Shown here piece by piece: positions 1 to 7,810 of a stretch of DNA of 9,111 bases. The notes beneath the pieces are model-generated. The model was not told where the DNA came from. It worked only from the letters and a program-made list of their open reading frames with translations, and searched no databases. Position 1 is the first letter of the stretch. Each line of letters opens with the position of its first letter. The stretch comes from PVC group bacterium. GTDB lineage: Bacteria; GCA-001730085; JADFSZ01. The stretch is taken from contig JADFSZ010000060.1 in NCBI GenBank assembly GCA_022560555.1, positions 1 through 9,111 on the forward strand. The letters are read 5' to 3'. The position numbers were made by a program, and so were the translations under genes.

Positions 1-363
1 CGTCAGATTAAAGAGGCAGGTAACAAGGCCGGTGTGGCCATTAAACCGAAAACAAAACTAATTGAGGTATGGCCTTATCTCGATATTCTTGATCTTGTTG
101 TTGTCATGACTGTGGAGCCGGGTTTTGCGGGCCAGGCTTTCATGCCCGAAGTGATGCCGAAAATAAAGGAACTTAGACGTCTTATTGATGAGAACGGGTA
201 TCAAGCTCTCATTGAGGTTGACGGAGGCGTGGATGCGAACAATATCGTATCCATCAGACAAGCGGGGGCCGATGTGATTGTCGCGGGAAGCGCGGTCTTT
301 GGTCAATCGTCTCCGGGGGAAGCCGTGAAGAACTTGTTTCATCAATGTCATGCATCCTGTTAA
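1..363 (+). CDS. rpe: Ribulose-phosphate 3-epimerase, C-terminal portion (5' end lies outside the window)
   Basis: The frame is open from base 1 (RQIKEAGNKAGVAIKPKT...), so the GTG at 34 in the ORF track is internal. Rpe hallmarks are present: VMTVEPGFAGQAF, EVDGGV, VAGSAVF. Stop TAA at 361-363. Confidence 0.9.
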   Translation, partial: RQIKEAGNKAGVAIKPKTKLIEVWPYLDILDLVVVMTVEPGFAGQAFMPEVMPKIKELRRLIDENGYQALIEVDGGVDANNIVSIRQAGADVIVAGSAVFGQSSPGEAVKNLFHQCHASC

Positions 364-427
364 TGTTTTGATAAGCAGCCGTTTTTGGATAAGAAAGATA
401 AAATATTCCGATGAGGAGGAATAAAAC

Positions 428-889
428 ATGAAAAAGATTATTCGCTTAACGGTGCTGGTTTTGGGATCTTTTTTGATCGTTGTTGGGGCGTGCAAGGCAT
501 ATCTAAATACGGATTTCTTTATAAGCTCATTTACTATGATGAGCGTCGGCGGTTTCCCGATTCAAAACAGTATATCGACTGTGCTTTTAAGTGAACTTTA
601 TATTCTGATTAATTTCTTTGGGTTTGTGTGCGGGATTGGGTTGATCTTTAACACGCTGTGGGGAAAGAAATGCATGTTTATCCTGTACGCGGCATCATTT
701 CTCATAAATTTAATCATTGACGTATTTGAAATCACACTTGGGGAGCCGATGGTTATGGAGTACTTTTCAAAACTGGGTATAAAATATGAGAGCGAGAGTT
801 TTTTGATTAATGCGCTTATCGACGTGTTCTTTTTATCAATGTGTATTTTTAGCGTGGTTTTGATTAAGCAGCATCGAAAAGGCGATTGA
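428..889 (+). CDS. Hypothetical small integral membrane protein (about four hydrophobic segments), no recognisable family
   Basis: 153-aa ORF with GAGGAGG 8-9 nt upstream of the ATG. It has several long hydrophobic stretches (LTVLVLGSFLIVVGA, LYILINFFGFVCGIGLIF, FILYAASFLINLIIDVF, LINALIDVFFLSMCIFSVVLI). It sits 6-12 nt upstream of the permease start. Confidence 0.55.
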   Translation: MKKIIRLTVLVLGSFLIVVGACKAYLNTDFFISSFTMMSVGGFPIQNSISTVLLSELYILINFFGFVCGIGLIFNTLWGKKCMFILYAASFLINLIIDVFEITLGEPMVMEYFSKLGIKYESESFLINALIDVFFLSMCIFSVVLIKQHRKGD

Positions 890-895
890 TTCAGG

Positions 896-1987
896 TTGCA
901 TATGACACAAGTATTGACGTGGGTTAAAGATTTTGGCATTGAATCATTGATGCTATTTACGGCTATGTCGCCGTATTTGCTGATTGGTTTCTTTTTTGCC
1001 GGAATTTGCCATGTATATTTCCCGTCTGATTTTATTTTTAAACATCTTGGAAAAAACAATTTTTCGAGTTCTCTCAAAGCAGCATTGGTCGGTGTGCCCA
1101 TCCCGCTATGTTCCTGCGGTGTTATCCCGGCGGCATTAACCCTGCGTAAACATAAAGCGAGTCTCGGGGCAACATTGTCATTTCTAGTGTCCACTCCTCA
1201 AACGGGTATTGACAGTATCATCGCGACGGGAGGATTAATGGGGCCTGTTTTCATGTTCTTTAGACCTATAGCCGCCATGGTTATGGGTGTTGTCGGAGGT
1301 GTAACGGGAAACATTTTTTTGGCAGACGTTCCGGCTAATGAAGTTGCGGGTGATAAAAGCTGCTGTAATAATAATGGCGGATTCTCGTCAAGTAATTGGT
1401 TTGAAAAATTAAAGCACTCAATTCAATTTGCCTATAAAGATTTTCTTGATGAAATTACGGTGCATTTGATCTTGGGCCTTTTTCTCGCGGGGGCTATAGC
1501 GGCATTTGTCCCGGACTCCTTGTTTGTTGAAATAGGCCAAGGACTCAAAGGTATGCTCGTTGTACTCGTTGTCAGTATCCCGATGTATGTATGCGCGACG
1601 GCATCGATTCCTGTCGCTCTTGTGATGTTGGCGAAAGGGGCCTCTCCCGGTGTTGCCTTCGTTTTTCTCGCGGCCGGCCCCGTGAGCAATATGGCCTCGA
1701 TCACGATTGTTAACAATATGCTTGGGAAAAAATTTACGATCCTTTATCTTGCCGTAATATCGATCGGAGCCATTCTCATGGGCCTGTTGTTGGATGGCTT
1801 ATACGCGTTTTTTGGGTGGGACGCACTTTCCGACATCTCTGACACGGTTGTGGAGCATCAAATGACCCCGATTGGTTTGATGGCCGGGATCATAATGTTT
1901 ATTTTAGTCGCTCTATCTCTTAAAAGAATCCTTCGAAATAAAAAAATTGCAAAACGAAGTGAATTCACTACAATGAAAGGCTCTTGA
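896..1987 (+). CDS. Predicted permease of the DUF318/ArsP type (YraQ / SO_0444-like), with conserved CxC and a Cys-Cys loop
   Basis: 363-aa polytopic ORF. The stretch [41 protein letters not shown] is characteristic of PF03773-type permeases as I recall them. The second half repeats the pattern ([34 protein letters not shown]). The central loop is [10 protein letters not shown]. The start is TTG 896 or, more likely, ATG 902. Confidence 0.7.
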   Translation: MHMTQVLTWVKDFGIESLMLFTAMSPYLLIGFFFAGICHVYFPSDFIFKHLGKNNFSSSLKAALVGVPIPLCSCGVIPAALTLRKHKASLGATLSFLVSTPQTGIDSIIATGGLMGPVFMFFRPIAAMVMGVVGGVTGNIFLADVPANEVAGDKSCCNNNGGFSSSNWFEKLKHSIQFAYKDFLDEITVHLILGLFLAGAIAAFVPDSLFVEIGQGLKGMLVVLVVSIPMYVCATASIPVALVMLAKGASPGVAFVFLAAGPVSNMASITIVNNMLGKKFTILYLAVISIGAILMGLLLDGLYAFFGWDALSDISDTVVEHQMTPIGLMAGIIMFILVALSLKRILRNKKIAKRSEFTTMKGS

Positions 1988-3174
1988 TTGGAATGGCGTT
2001 AAATCTAGACAAGAATACGAATGTGAGAATGGGCATGGATCAAAAAAGTGTTGGTCTCGTAGAAACTAAGACGCATACGTTTGCGAAGCCGCCAAATGAA
2101 CTGTTGCTTGAATGCGGGCGAAAACTTGGTCCAATCACAATTGCCTATGAAACTTACGGTAAATTAAATGACAAGAAATCGAACACGATTCTTATTCTTC
2201 ACGCTCTTTCCGGTGATGCTCACGCTGCCGGTTATCACTCCTATGATGAGGAAAAAGCCGGATGGTGGGACATCATGATCGGACCCGGCAAAGCTTTTGA
2301 CACGAACAAATATTTTGTGATCTGCTCAAACATTCTCGGAGGGTGTAAAGGGACTACGGGCCCTATGTCAATTAACCCGGAATCCCAAAAACCCTTTGGC
2401 ATGTCATTCCCCATGATTACAGTGAGCGATATGGTGAATGTTCAGAAGGAGCTAATTGACCACTTGGGAATCAAAAAAGTGCTTTGTTTGTCCGGTGGGT
2501 CCTTAGGCGGCATGCAGGCACTTCAATGGACGATCAGTTATCCTGATTGGGTTGAAGCCGTTATTCCGATTGCGACTACGAGTCGACTTAGCGCGCAATC
2601 TCTTGCTTTCAACGCGGTTGGGAGGAACGCTATAATTTCGGATCCTGATTGGAATAATGGGGAGTACTTTCCCGGTAAAACACCCGCGCAGGGGCTTGCC
2701 ATCGCGCGTATGATCGGACACATCACGTATCTTTCTCCTGAATCGATGCATGACAAATTCGGACGCCGTCTTCAGGAAAAAGAACAGTATAGTTATGATT
2801 TTGTCACTGATTTTCAAGTTGAAAGCTATCTTCATTATCAGGGGATACAATTTGTTGAGCGTTTTGACGCGAATACCTATCTCTATTTCACCAAAGCCAT
2901 GGACTACTTTGATCTGGCAGGAAAATTTGGGAGTTTGGAAAGAGCTTTTGAGAAAATCAAGTCAAAGTATTTGGTGATCTCTTTTACTTCGGATTGGCTT
3001 TTCCCTGCGTATCAATCGAGAGAAATCGTGAGAGCGCTGATCAAAAATGGTGTGGATGTTTCTCTGTGCGAGATTAAAACTCCTTATGGGCATGATGCAT
3101 TCTTGCTTGAAAACGAACAGCTCACGCGCTTGATCTCAAGTTTTCTATCAAATCTAAAATTAAAAGAAAAATAA
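1984..3174 (+). CDS. metX: Homoserine O-acetyltransferase
   Basis: Motifs [25 protein letters not shown], the nucleophile elbow [12 protein letters not shown], and C-terminal YGHDAFL. The start is ambiguous. TTG 1984 overlaps the permease stop (TGA 1985-1987). ATG 1993, 2029 and 2035 are alternatives, and homologues usually begin about 10-15 aa before the SVG motif. Confidence 0.9.
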   Translation: MIGMALNLDKNTNVRMGMDQKSVGLVETKTHTFAKPPNELLLECGRKLGPITIAYETYGKLNDKKSNTILILHALSGDAHAAGYHSYDEEKAGWWDIMIGPGKAFDTNKYFVICSNILGGCKGTTGPMSINPESQKPFGMSFPMITVSDMVNVQKELIDHLGIKKVLCLSGGSLGGMQALQWTISYPDWVEAVIPIATTSRLSAQSLAFNAVGRNAIISDPDWNNGEYFPGKTPAQGLAIARMIGHITYLSPESMHDKFGRRLQEKEQYSYDFVTDFQVESYLHYQGIQFVERFDANTYLYFTKAMDYFDLAGKFGSLERAFEKIKSKYLVISFTSDWLFPAYQSREIVRALIKNGVDVSLCEIKTPYGHDAFLLENEQLTRLISSFLSNLKLKEK

Positions 3175-3810
3175 ATGAACTTTATGACCAATCCTAGATT
3201 GAACGAGCGCGCTGATTACAATCAAATCGTTAAATTGATTGAGCCCGATTCCCGTGTGCTTGATGTTGGGTGTGGATCCGGAGAACTTCTCAAACAGCTT
3301 ATCAAAGAAAAAAATGTTCAGGGACGCGGCGTTGAAATCGATGAAAATGGCATTATTTCCTGCATCGATAAAGGGATCTCTGTTATTCAGGCAGATGTGG
3401 ATGAAGGATTAGCAGATTTTCTAGATCTGACATTTGATTATGTCATTTTAAGCAAAACTCTTCAAGTTGTGCATCAGCCGGATTATGTGATTCGTGAAAT
3501 GCTTCGTGTTGGCAAGAAAGGAATTGTTTCGCTTCCCAATTTCGGCTTTTGGCCTCTTCGTTTTCAAATGATCACCAAGGGGAAAATGCCCAAAGGTAAA
3601 CATGTTCCTTTCGAATGGTACAATACCCCTAATATTCACATCGGCACATTGAGCGATTTTCGTGATCTTTGCCAGAAAGAAAAGATATCTATTGTTAAGG
3701 AAATTTCCTTTCGGTCATCCAAGCTTCTATCCGGATCATGGCAGGGATGGTTCTCAAATATTCTGGCGGATGAGTCTATATTTGTGATCGCGAAACAAGC
3801 AGATGCATAA
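3175..3810 (+). CDS. metW: Methionine biosynthesis protein MetW (methyltransferase-fold partner of MetX)
   Basis: The ATG immediately follows the metX TAA. It has the SAM-MTase-like motif VLDVGCGSGELL, a typical MetW length (211 aa), and the canonical metX-metW adjacency. Confidence 0.85.
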   Translation: MNFMTNPRLNERADYNQIVKLIEPDSRVLDVGCGSGELLKQLIKEKNVQGRGVEIDENGIISCIDKGISVIQADVDEGLADFLDLTFDYVILSKTLQVVHQPDYVIREMLRVGKKGIVSLPNFGFWPLRFQMITKGKMPKGKHVPFEWYNTPNIHIGTLSDFRDLCQKEKISIVKEISFRSSKLLSGSWQGWFSNILADESIFVIAKQADA

Positions 3811-3875
3811 AGTACTTATATATAAAGTTTTATGTATTATCACGACATGAACGATAAGGTTTGTAAAGTTTTCAA

Positions 3876-3904
3876 TTGATCGGTGACACATATCATGGTA
3901 TATT
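3876..3904 (+). promoter_or_regulatory. Candidate sigma70 promoter for cysK-metY-tlpA-like operon
   Basis: TTGATC (3876-3881), a 17-nt spacer, then TATATT (3899-3904) preceded by TGG (extended -10 TGn). It lies about 95 nt upstream of the cysK ATG. Predicted by eye only. Confidence 0.4.
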
Positions 3905-3999
3905 CTTTAACCCCATCAAAATGAAGTGGTTGTTGAAGGATATTCTCACGCATTCCAACTCAAATCTGATGGTTTTGACATTCTAAAAAGGAGGTTTTC

Positions 4000-4959
4000 A
4001 TGTCTACTAAAACAGCTTCACTGAAAATAGCTGAAGATGTGACGGGTCTTGTTGGAAACACCCCTTTAGTTAAGCTAAAGAAGATATCGTCTGGCTTGCC
4101 GGGAATGGTAGTCGCAAAGATGGAATCCATGAATCCCCTGGGAAGCGTTAAGGATCGGATCGGTTTTAGTATGATTAAAGATGCTGAAGATCGCGGTGTG
4201 ATTCATGAGGGTACAGTCATCATTGAGCCGACAAGCGGAAACACTGGTATCTCGCTTGCGTTTGTATGTGCCCAACGCGGTTACCGGCTGATTTTGACTA
4301 TGCCGGACACCATGAGTGTAGAAAGAAGAAAGCTCTTAAAAATATTTGGTGCCGAGTTAGTGCTGACACCGGGTGAAAAAGGGATGAAGGGGGCTGTGGA
4401 AAAAGCAGAAGAGCTCCTGAAAGAGCATAAAGACTCATTTATGCCTCAGCAATTCAAAAACCCGGCTAATCCTAAGATTCACCGGGAAACCACGGCCGAA
4501 GAAATCTGGAACGACACAGAGGGACAAGTGGATTTTTTGGTGTCGGGAATCGGAACAGGAGGCACCATCACGGGCGTGACGTCTGTCATTAAACAGCGCA
4601 AGCCCGAATTTAAAGCCATTGCGGTTGAGCCGGAAGGATCGCCGATTTTATCAGGTGGAAGTCCCGGGCCGCACAAAATCCAGGGGATTGGTGCCGGTTT
4701 TATCCCGGATGTGTTGGATACGAAACTTTACGATGAGGTTATTAAAATTTCAAATGAGGATGCCGGGATTTACGCGCGGCGTCTTGCGAGAGAAGAAGGA
4801 CTTCTCGCGGGAATATCTTCCGGAGCTAATGTCGCCGCGGCTGTTGAAATTGCTAAACGGCCTGAAAATAAGGGAAAAATGATTGTCACGATTATTTGCG
4901 ATACGGGCGAAAGATATCTGAGCACATGGTTATTTGAACAATTAACTAACGTCGAATAG
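4000..4959 (+). CDS. cysK: Cysteine synthase A (O-acetylserine sulfhydrylase)
   Basis: AAGGAGG lies 7 nt upstream of the ATG. Motifs GNTPLVKL, the PLP-lysine motif [23 protein letters not shown] and [10 protein letters not shown]. Confidence 0.9.
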   Translation: MSTKTASLKIAEDVTGLVGNTPLVKLKKISSGLPGMVVAKMESMNPLGSVKDRIGFSMIKDAEDRGVIHEGTVIIEPTSGNTGISLAFVCAQRGYRLILTMPDTMSVERRKLLKIFGAELVLTPGEKGMKGAVEKAEELLKEHKDSFMPQQFKNPANPKIHRETTAEEIWNDTEGQVDFLVSGIGTGGTITGVTSVIKQRKPEFKAIAVEPEGSPILSGGSPGPHKIQGIGAGFIPDVLDTKLYDEVIKISNEDAGIYARRLAREEGLLAGISSGANVAAAVEIAKRPENKGKMIVTIICDTGERYLSTWLFEQLTNVE

Positions 4960-4973
4960 AAGGAGAAATCAAC

Positions 4974-6284
4974 ATGCCAAGCAACGGTTATAAATTTGAG
5001 ACTTTAGCGTTACATGCAGGACAAGAGCCGGACTCTACGACAACCTCGAGAGGTGTTCCTATTCATAGAACATCGTCTTACGTGTTTCACAACACCGAGC
5101 ATGCTGCCAATCTGTTTGGGTTAAAAGAACTCGGGTATATTTATACGCGTTTGGGAAATCCCACTCAGGACGTACTCGAAAAAAGAGTCGCGGCTCTCGA
5201 GGGCGGCGCGGCAGCCCTTGCGCTTGCATCGGGAACATCGGGTGTTTTTTATTCTATTGTTAACATTTGTTCGGCCGGAGAAGAATTTATTTCGACGAAC
5301 AACCTCTATGGCGGAACATACACGATGTTTGCCAATATCCTTCCGCAATTTAACATCAAGGCAAAATTTATTGATAATACTCCTGAAGCCGCGAAAAAGG
5401 CGATCACCGACAAAACTCGCGCGATTTTCATTGAAACAATCGGGAATCCCGTTCTGGATATTGCCGATGTGGAAGGTTTCGCGAAAGTGGCCCATGAAAA
5501 CAATATTCCTCTAATTGTGGATGCCACATTTACAACTCCTTATTTGCTTAAGTGTATTGAGTACGGAGCGGATGTGGTTATCAATTCGCTCACAAAATGG
5601 ATGGGCGGCCATGGAACCGGAATCGGAGGCGTTGTTGTCGATGCCGGTAAATTCAACTGGAAAGACCCAAAATTTAAACTTTTCAATGAACCGGAGGAAA
5701 GCTACTTTGGTATTCGTTTCGCACATGATCTTGGAGACCTCAACCCGATTGCGTTTATCCTAAGAATGAGAACTGTTCCCTTGAGAAATTTGGGAGCCTG
5801 CATTTCTCCGGATAACGCGTGGATGTTTCTTCAGGGATTGGAAACTTTGCCGGTGCGTATGCAGAGACATTGCGACAATTCTTTAGCTGTCGCAAAATGG
5901 CTCAAAAAGTGTCCTTCTGTCGAATGGATCCGCTATCCGGGACTCGATGATGATCCGGCCCATGAAAACGCGAAAAAATATCTTAAGAATGGCGCCGGTG
6001 CCGTGATTGTATTTGGTATTAAAGGCGGCCGTGAAGCGGGGGAAAAACTGATTAACAGCGTTAAGCTGTTCAGTCATCTGGCCAATGTCGGAGATGCCAA
6101 GAGTCTTATCCTGCATCCGGCAAGCACATCTCATTCACAGCTCACAGAAGAACAGCAGCGTTCCAGTGGTTTAACTCCGGAACTTGTGCGGCTCTCTGTC
6201 GGAATTGAGCATATTGATGATATTATTGCGGATCTTGAGCAGGCGATTAACGCCGCTGTGAAGAATACCGTGGGTGCTGTTTAA
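4974..6284 (+). CDS. metY: O-acetylhomoserine sulfhydrylase (O-acetylhomoserine aminocarboxypropyltransferase)
   Basis: GAAGGAG RBS. Motifs FETLALHAGQ, YTRLGNPT and the PLP-lysine motif NSLTKWMGGHGT, with C-terminal RLSVGIEHIDDIIADL. At 436 aa it matches MetY/Cys-Met PLP enzymes. Confidence 0.9.
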   Translation: MPSNGYKFETLALHAGQEPDSTTTSRGVPIHRTSSYVFHNTEHAANLFGLKELGYIYTRLGNPTQDVLEKRVAALEGGAAALALASGTSGVFYSIVNICSAGEEFISTNNLYGGTYTMFANILPQFNIKAKFIDNTPEAAKKAITDKTRAIFIETIGNPVLDIADVEGFAKVAHENNIPLIVDATFTTPYLLKCIEYGADVVINSLTKWMGGHGTGIGGVVVDAGKFNWKDPKFKLFNEPEESYFGIRFAHDLGDLNPIAFILRMRTVPLRNLGACISPDNAWMFLQGLETLPVRMQRHCDNSLAVAKWLKKCPSVEWIRYPGLDDDPAHENAKKYLKNGAGAVIVFGIKGGREAGEKLINSVKLFSHLANVGDAKSLILHPASTSHSQLTEEQQRSSGLTPELVRLSVGIEHIDDIIADLEQAINAAVKNTVGAV

Positions 6285-6793
6285 TGATGAAACGGATCGC
6301 TCTCGGTATCTTCTTTGCTTTTATTGTTTCGGCGGCTTCTCTTGTTGGATGTAGTCGAAACGGTGGGGCTGTGCAGGATGCCGCTTTATCAAGCGGTCCT
6401 GCGGCGGGGTTTGCTCTTTCGAACCTTCACGGCGAAACCGTAAGTTTGTCGGATTTTAAAGGGCAAAAGGTCCTTTTGGATTTTTGGGCTACCTGGTGTC
6501 CTCCCTGCCGAATTGAACTTCCCGGATTGAATAGTATGGTTCCGGAGCTTAACAAAAGCGGTGTTGTTGTTTTAAATATCAGTGTGGACAAGAAAATTGA
6601 TACGGTTAAGAAGTTTATTGCGGACAACCGGTATTCAAATCTCATCGTGCTTCACGATGATCAGAACATTGCCGATCGTTATCAGGTTAGCGCGATACCG
6701 ACAAAGGTTCTCATTGGAGAAGACGGAAATATTCTGGCAAGGAAAGTGGGTTCGTTGACGGAAGAGCAGATGAAGGATTTTGTAGGGCTGTAA
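6284..6793 (+). CDS. TlpA/ResA-like thioredoxin-fold thiol:disulfide oxidoreductase, predicted lipoprotein
   Basis: N-terminal signal peptide with lipobox LVGC (MMKRIALGIFFAFIVSAASLVGCS). Active site WATWCPPC. Conserved cis-Pro region VSAIPT. The start ATG shares one base with the metY TAA (6282-6284). Confidence 0.8.
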   Translation: MMKRIALGIFFAFIVSAASLVGCSRNGGAVQDAALSSGPAAGFALSNLHGETVSLSDFKGQKVLLDFWATWCPPCRIELPGLNSMVPELNKSGVVVLNISVDKKIDTVKKFIADNRYSNLIVLHDDQNIADRYQVSAIPTKVLIGEDGNILARKVGSLTEEQMKDFVGL

Positions 6794-6832
6794 AAACAAG
6801 GCAAATTCGTTTTATTTTGATCAGATTAATGT

Positions 6833-6861
6833 AAATAAGGCACCTGAAAGGTGCCTTATTT
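6833..6861. terminator. Bidirectional rho-independent terminator between convergent genes
   Basis: Perfect 12-bp stem AAATAAGGCACC / GGTGCCTTATTT with a 5-nt loop TGAAA. The arms themselves supply a T-run on the + strand (TTATTTATTT) and on the minus strand (TTATTTAC). It sits between the stop at 6793 (+) and the stop at 6900 (-). Confidence 0.75.
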
Positions 6862-6899
6862 ATTTGCAATGCATGACATATTGTTGCAGTCTGTATAAG

Positions 6900-7337
6900 T
6901 TACTTTTTGAAATATTTATCAAATGCCTGGTCTAGTTCCGATAGTGTTGTAATAAACAATATGATGTCGCAGTCTGAAGCCAGGCTCTTCACTTGTTCAA
7001 AAGTTTTAACACCTATATCATCAGCCACTGCAATTGTCAGCACATTTGCAATTCGATCGACCGGCAATAATCCCATGTTACGGCATACCTCTTCGGGAAA
7101 CGTGTCAAGCAGCGTCACATCAATTTCATACTTTTCTAAAGGCAAATAGGCACGATCATGGTCTCCTTGCTCCATGAGATGATTTGCAACCTGTTCCTCG
7201 GTTACAAACCCACACCCCACAAGAATTTTCCCCAAAAAGCCTCCATCCTTTTCTTGGATTTTAAGAGCATGCGCCAGTTTCTTTTCATCGATCAGCCCGC
7301 TGTTAATGAGCATTGCCCCAATACGTTTTGTAGTCAT
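6900..7337 (-). CDS. Stand-alone MshEN / T2SSE_N (GspE N-terminal) domain protein, putative c-di-GMP receptor
   Basis: 145 aa. Residues 5-28 are RIGAMLINSGLIDEKKLAHALKIQ and residues 34-57 are FLGKILVGCGFVTEEQVANHLMEQ, separated by the 5-residue spacer EKDGG. This matches the tandem RLGxxLLxxGLLxxxxLxxxLxxQ motif. The remainder (LLDTFPEEVCRNMGLLPVDRIANVLTIAVADD...) resembles the T2SSE_N fold. No ATPase domain follows. Confidence 0.8.
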   Translation of the reverse strand: MTTKRIGAMLINSGLIDEKKLAHALKIQEKDGGFLGKILVGCGFVTEEQVANHLMEQGDHDRAYLPLEKYEIDVTLLDTFPEEVCRNMGLLPVDRIANVLTIAVADDIGVKTFEQVKSLASDCDIILFITTLSELDQAFDKYFKK

Positions 7338-7390
7338 AATGATCTTGGTATCCGTGTTGAATTATTATTCATTTTTATTGTAAGCCCAAG

Positions 7391-7419
7391 ATTATATGTG
7401 AATTACCATATGCATGCAA
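7391..7419 (-). promoter_or_regulatory. Candidate sigma70 promoter for the MshEN gene
   Basis: On the minus strand: TTGCAT (7419-7414), a 17-nt spacer, then a perfect TATAAT (7396-7391), about 55 nt upstream of the ATG at 7337. Predicted by eye only. Confidence 0.4.
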
Positions 7420-7456
7420 GATATTCCTATGGAGAGGAGGTCTAAGAGAAGTATAT

Positions 7457-7500
7457 TGCCCCGGTTAAACAAATAAGGCGAACTAAGTTAGAATTGGCTC
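7457..7500 (+). repeat. Left terminal inverted repeat (IRL) of the IS3-family element
   Basis: The terminal 16 nt match the right end in 15 positions plus one C indel. A second inner block, TAAGTTAGAAYTGGC, matches 14 of 15. Confidence 0.8.
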
Positions 7501-7521
7501 ATAACCGAAAGGAGCCAATTC
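7491..7521 (+). promoter_or_regulatory. Hairpin able to sequester the orfA ribosome-binding site
   Basis: Perfect 10-bp inverted repeat GAATTGGCTC (7491-7500) / GAGCCAATTC (7512-7521) with an 11-nt loop. The right arm covers part of the AAAGGAG Shine-Dalgarno and ends 1 nt before the ATG at 7523. Confidence 0.5.
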
Positions 7522-7522
7522 T

Positions 7523-7810
7523 ATGAAACGCAGACAATGGACCAGAAAACAAAAGTTTCAAATCGTTCTTGAGGGTCTCTCTTGCTAAATTGATGTCAGT
7601 AAACTCTGCCAAAAATATCAGATATCTCAAACACAATATTACAAATGGCGAGATCAGTTCCTGCAAACCTGCCATCAAGCCTTTGACGTCAAAAAACAAT
7701 CACAAAAAGAGCAACATTTGGAAACTAAGGTCAAACAACTTAAAAACATCATTGGTGATCTCACTATTGAGTTAAAAACGAGTACGAGTTATGCAACGCC
7801 AACGTTCTGA
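7523..7810 (+). pseudogene. IS3-family transposase OrfA (HTH + leucine zipper) interrupted by an in-frame TAA
   Basis: The frame reads MKRRQWTRKQKFQIVLEGLSC-TAA(7586-7588)-IDVSKLCQKYQISQTQYYKWRDQFLQ...LETKVKQLKNIIGDLTIELK and ends at TGA 7808-7810. Sequence on both sides of the TAA looks like one continuous OrfA. The ORF track misses it because of the stop. Confidence 0.8.

Noticed and set aside
364-427. Promoter for the membrane-protein/permease/metXW operon (TTGATA at 367-372, TAAAAT near 399-404).
   Set aside because: The spacing between the candidate -35 and -10 hexamers is far from 16-18 nt, so no convincing pair exists.
3811-3999. SAM riboswitch or T-box leader upstream of cysK-metY.
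   Set aside because: No S-box core, SAM-II/III-like sequence, specifier loop or T-box 14-mer is recognisable by eye. It is kept only as a low-interest unknown leader.
58-6645. Antisense or alternative-frame ORFs inside rpe, the permease, metX, metW, cysK, metY and the tlpA-like gene (for example 58-495 -, 598-1194 -, 1432-1716 -, 2503-2850 -, 5121-5495 -).
   Set aside because: Each is fully overlapped by a gene with strong family motifs and a proper RBS. Their translations show no domain-like features.
7691-7697. AAAAAAC run inside orfA as the programmed -1 frameshift site.
   Set aside because: In the orfA phase it reads AAA AAA CAA, so the A AAA AAC heptamer is out of register. The -1 frame from here hits TAA within about 11 codons and never joins orfB.
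6907-7775. ORFs 6907-7149 (+), 7158-7445 (+), 7499-7699 (-) and 7569-7775 (+).
   Set aside because: The first two are antisense to the MshEN gene or its promoter. The last two are off-frame within IS orfA, whose true frame (7523 onward) is recognisable despite the stop.
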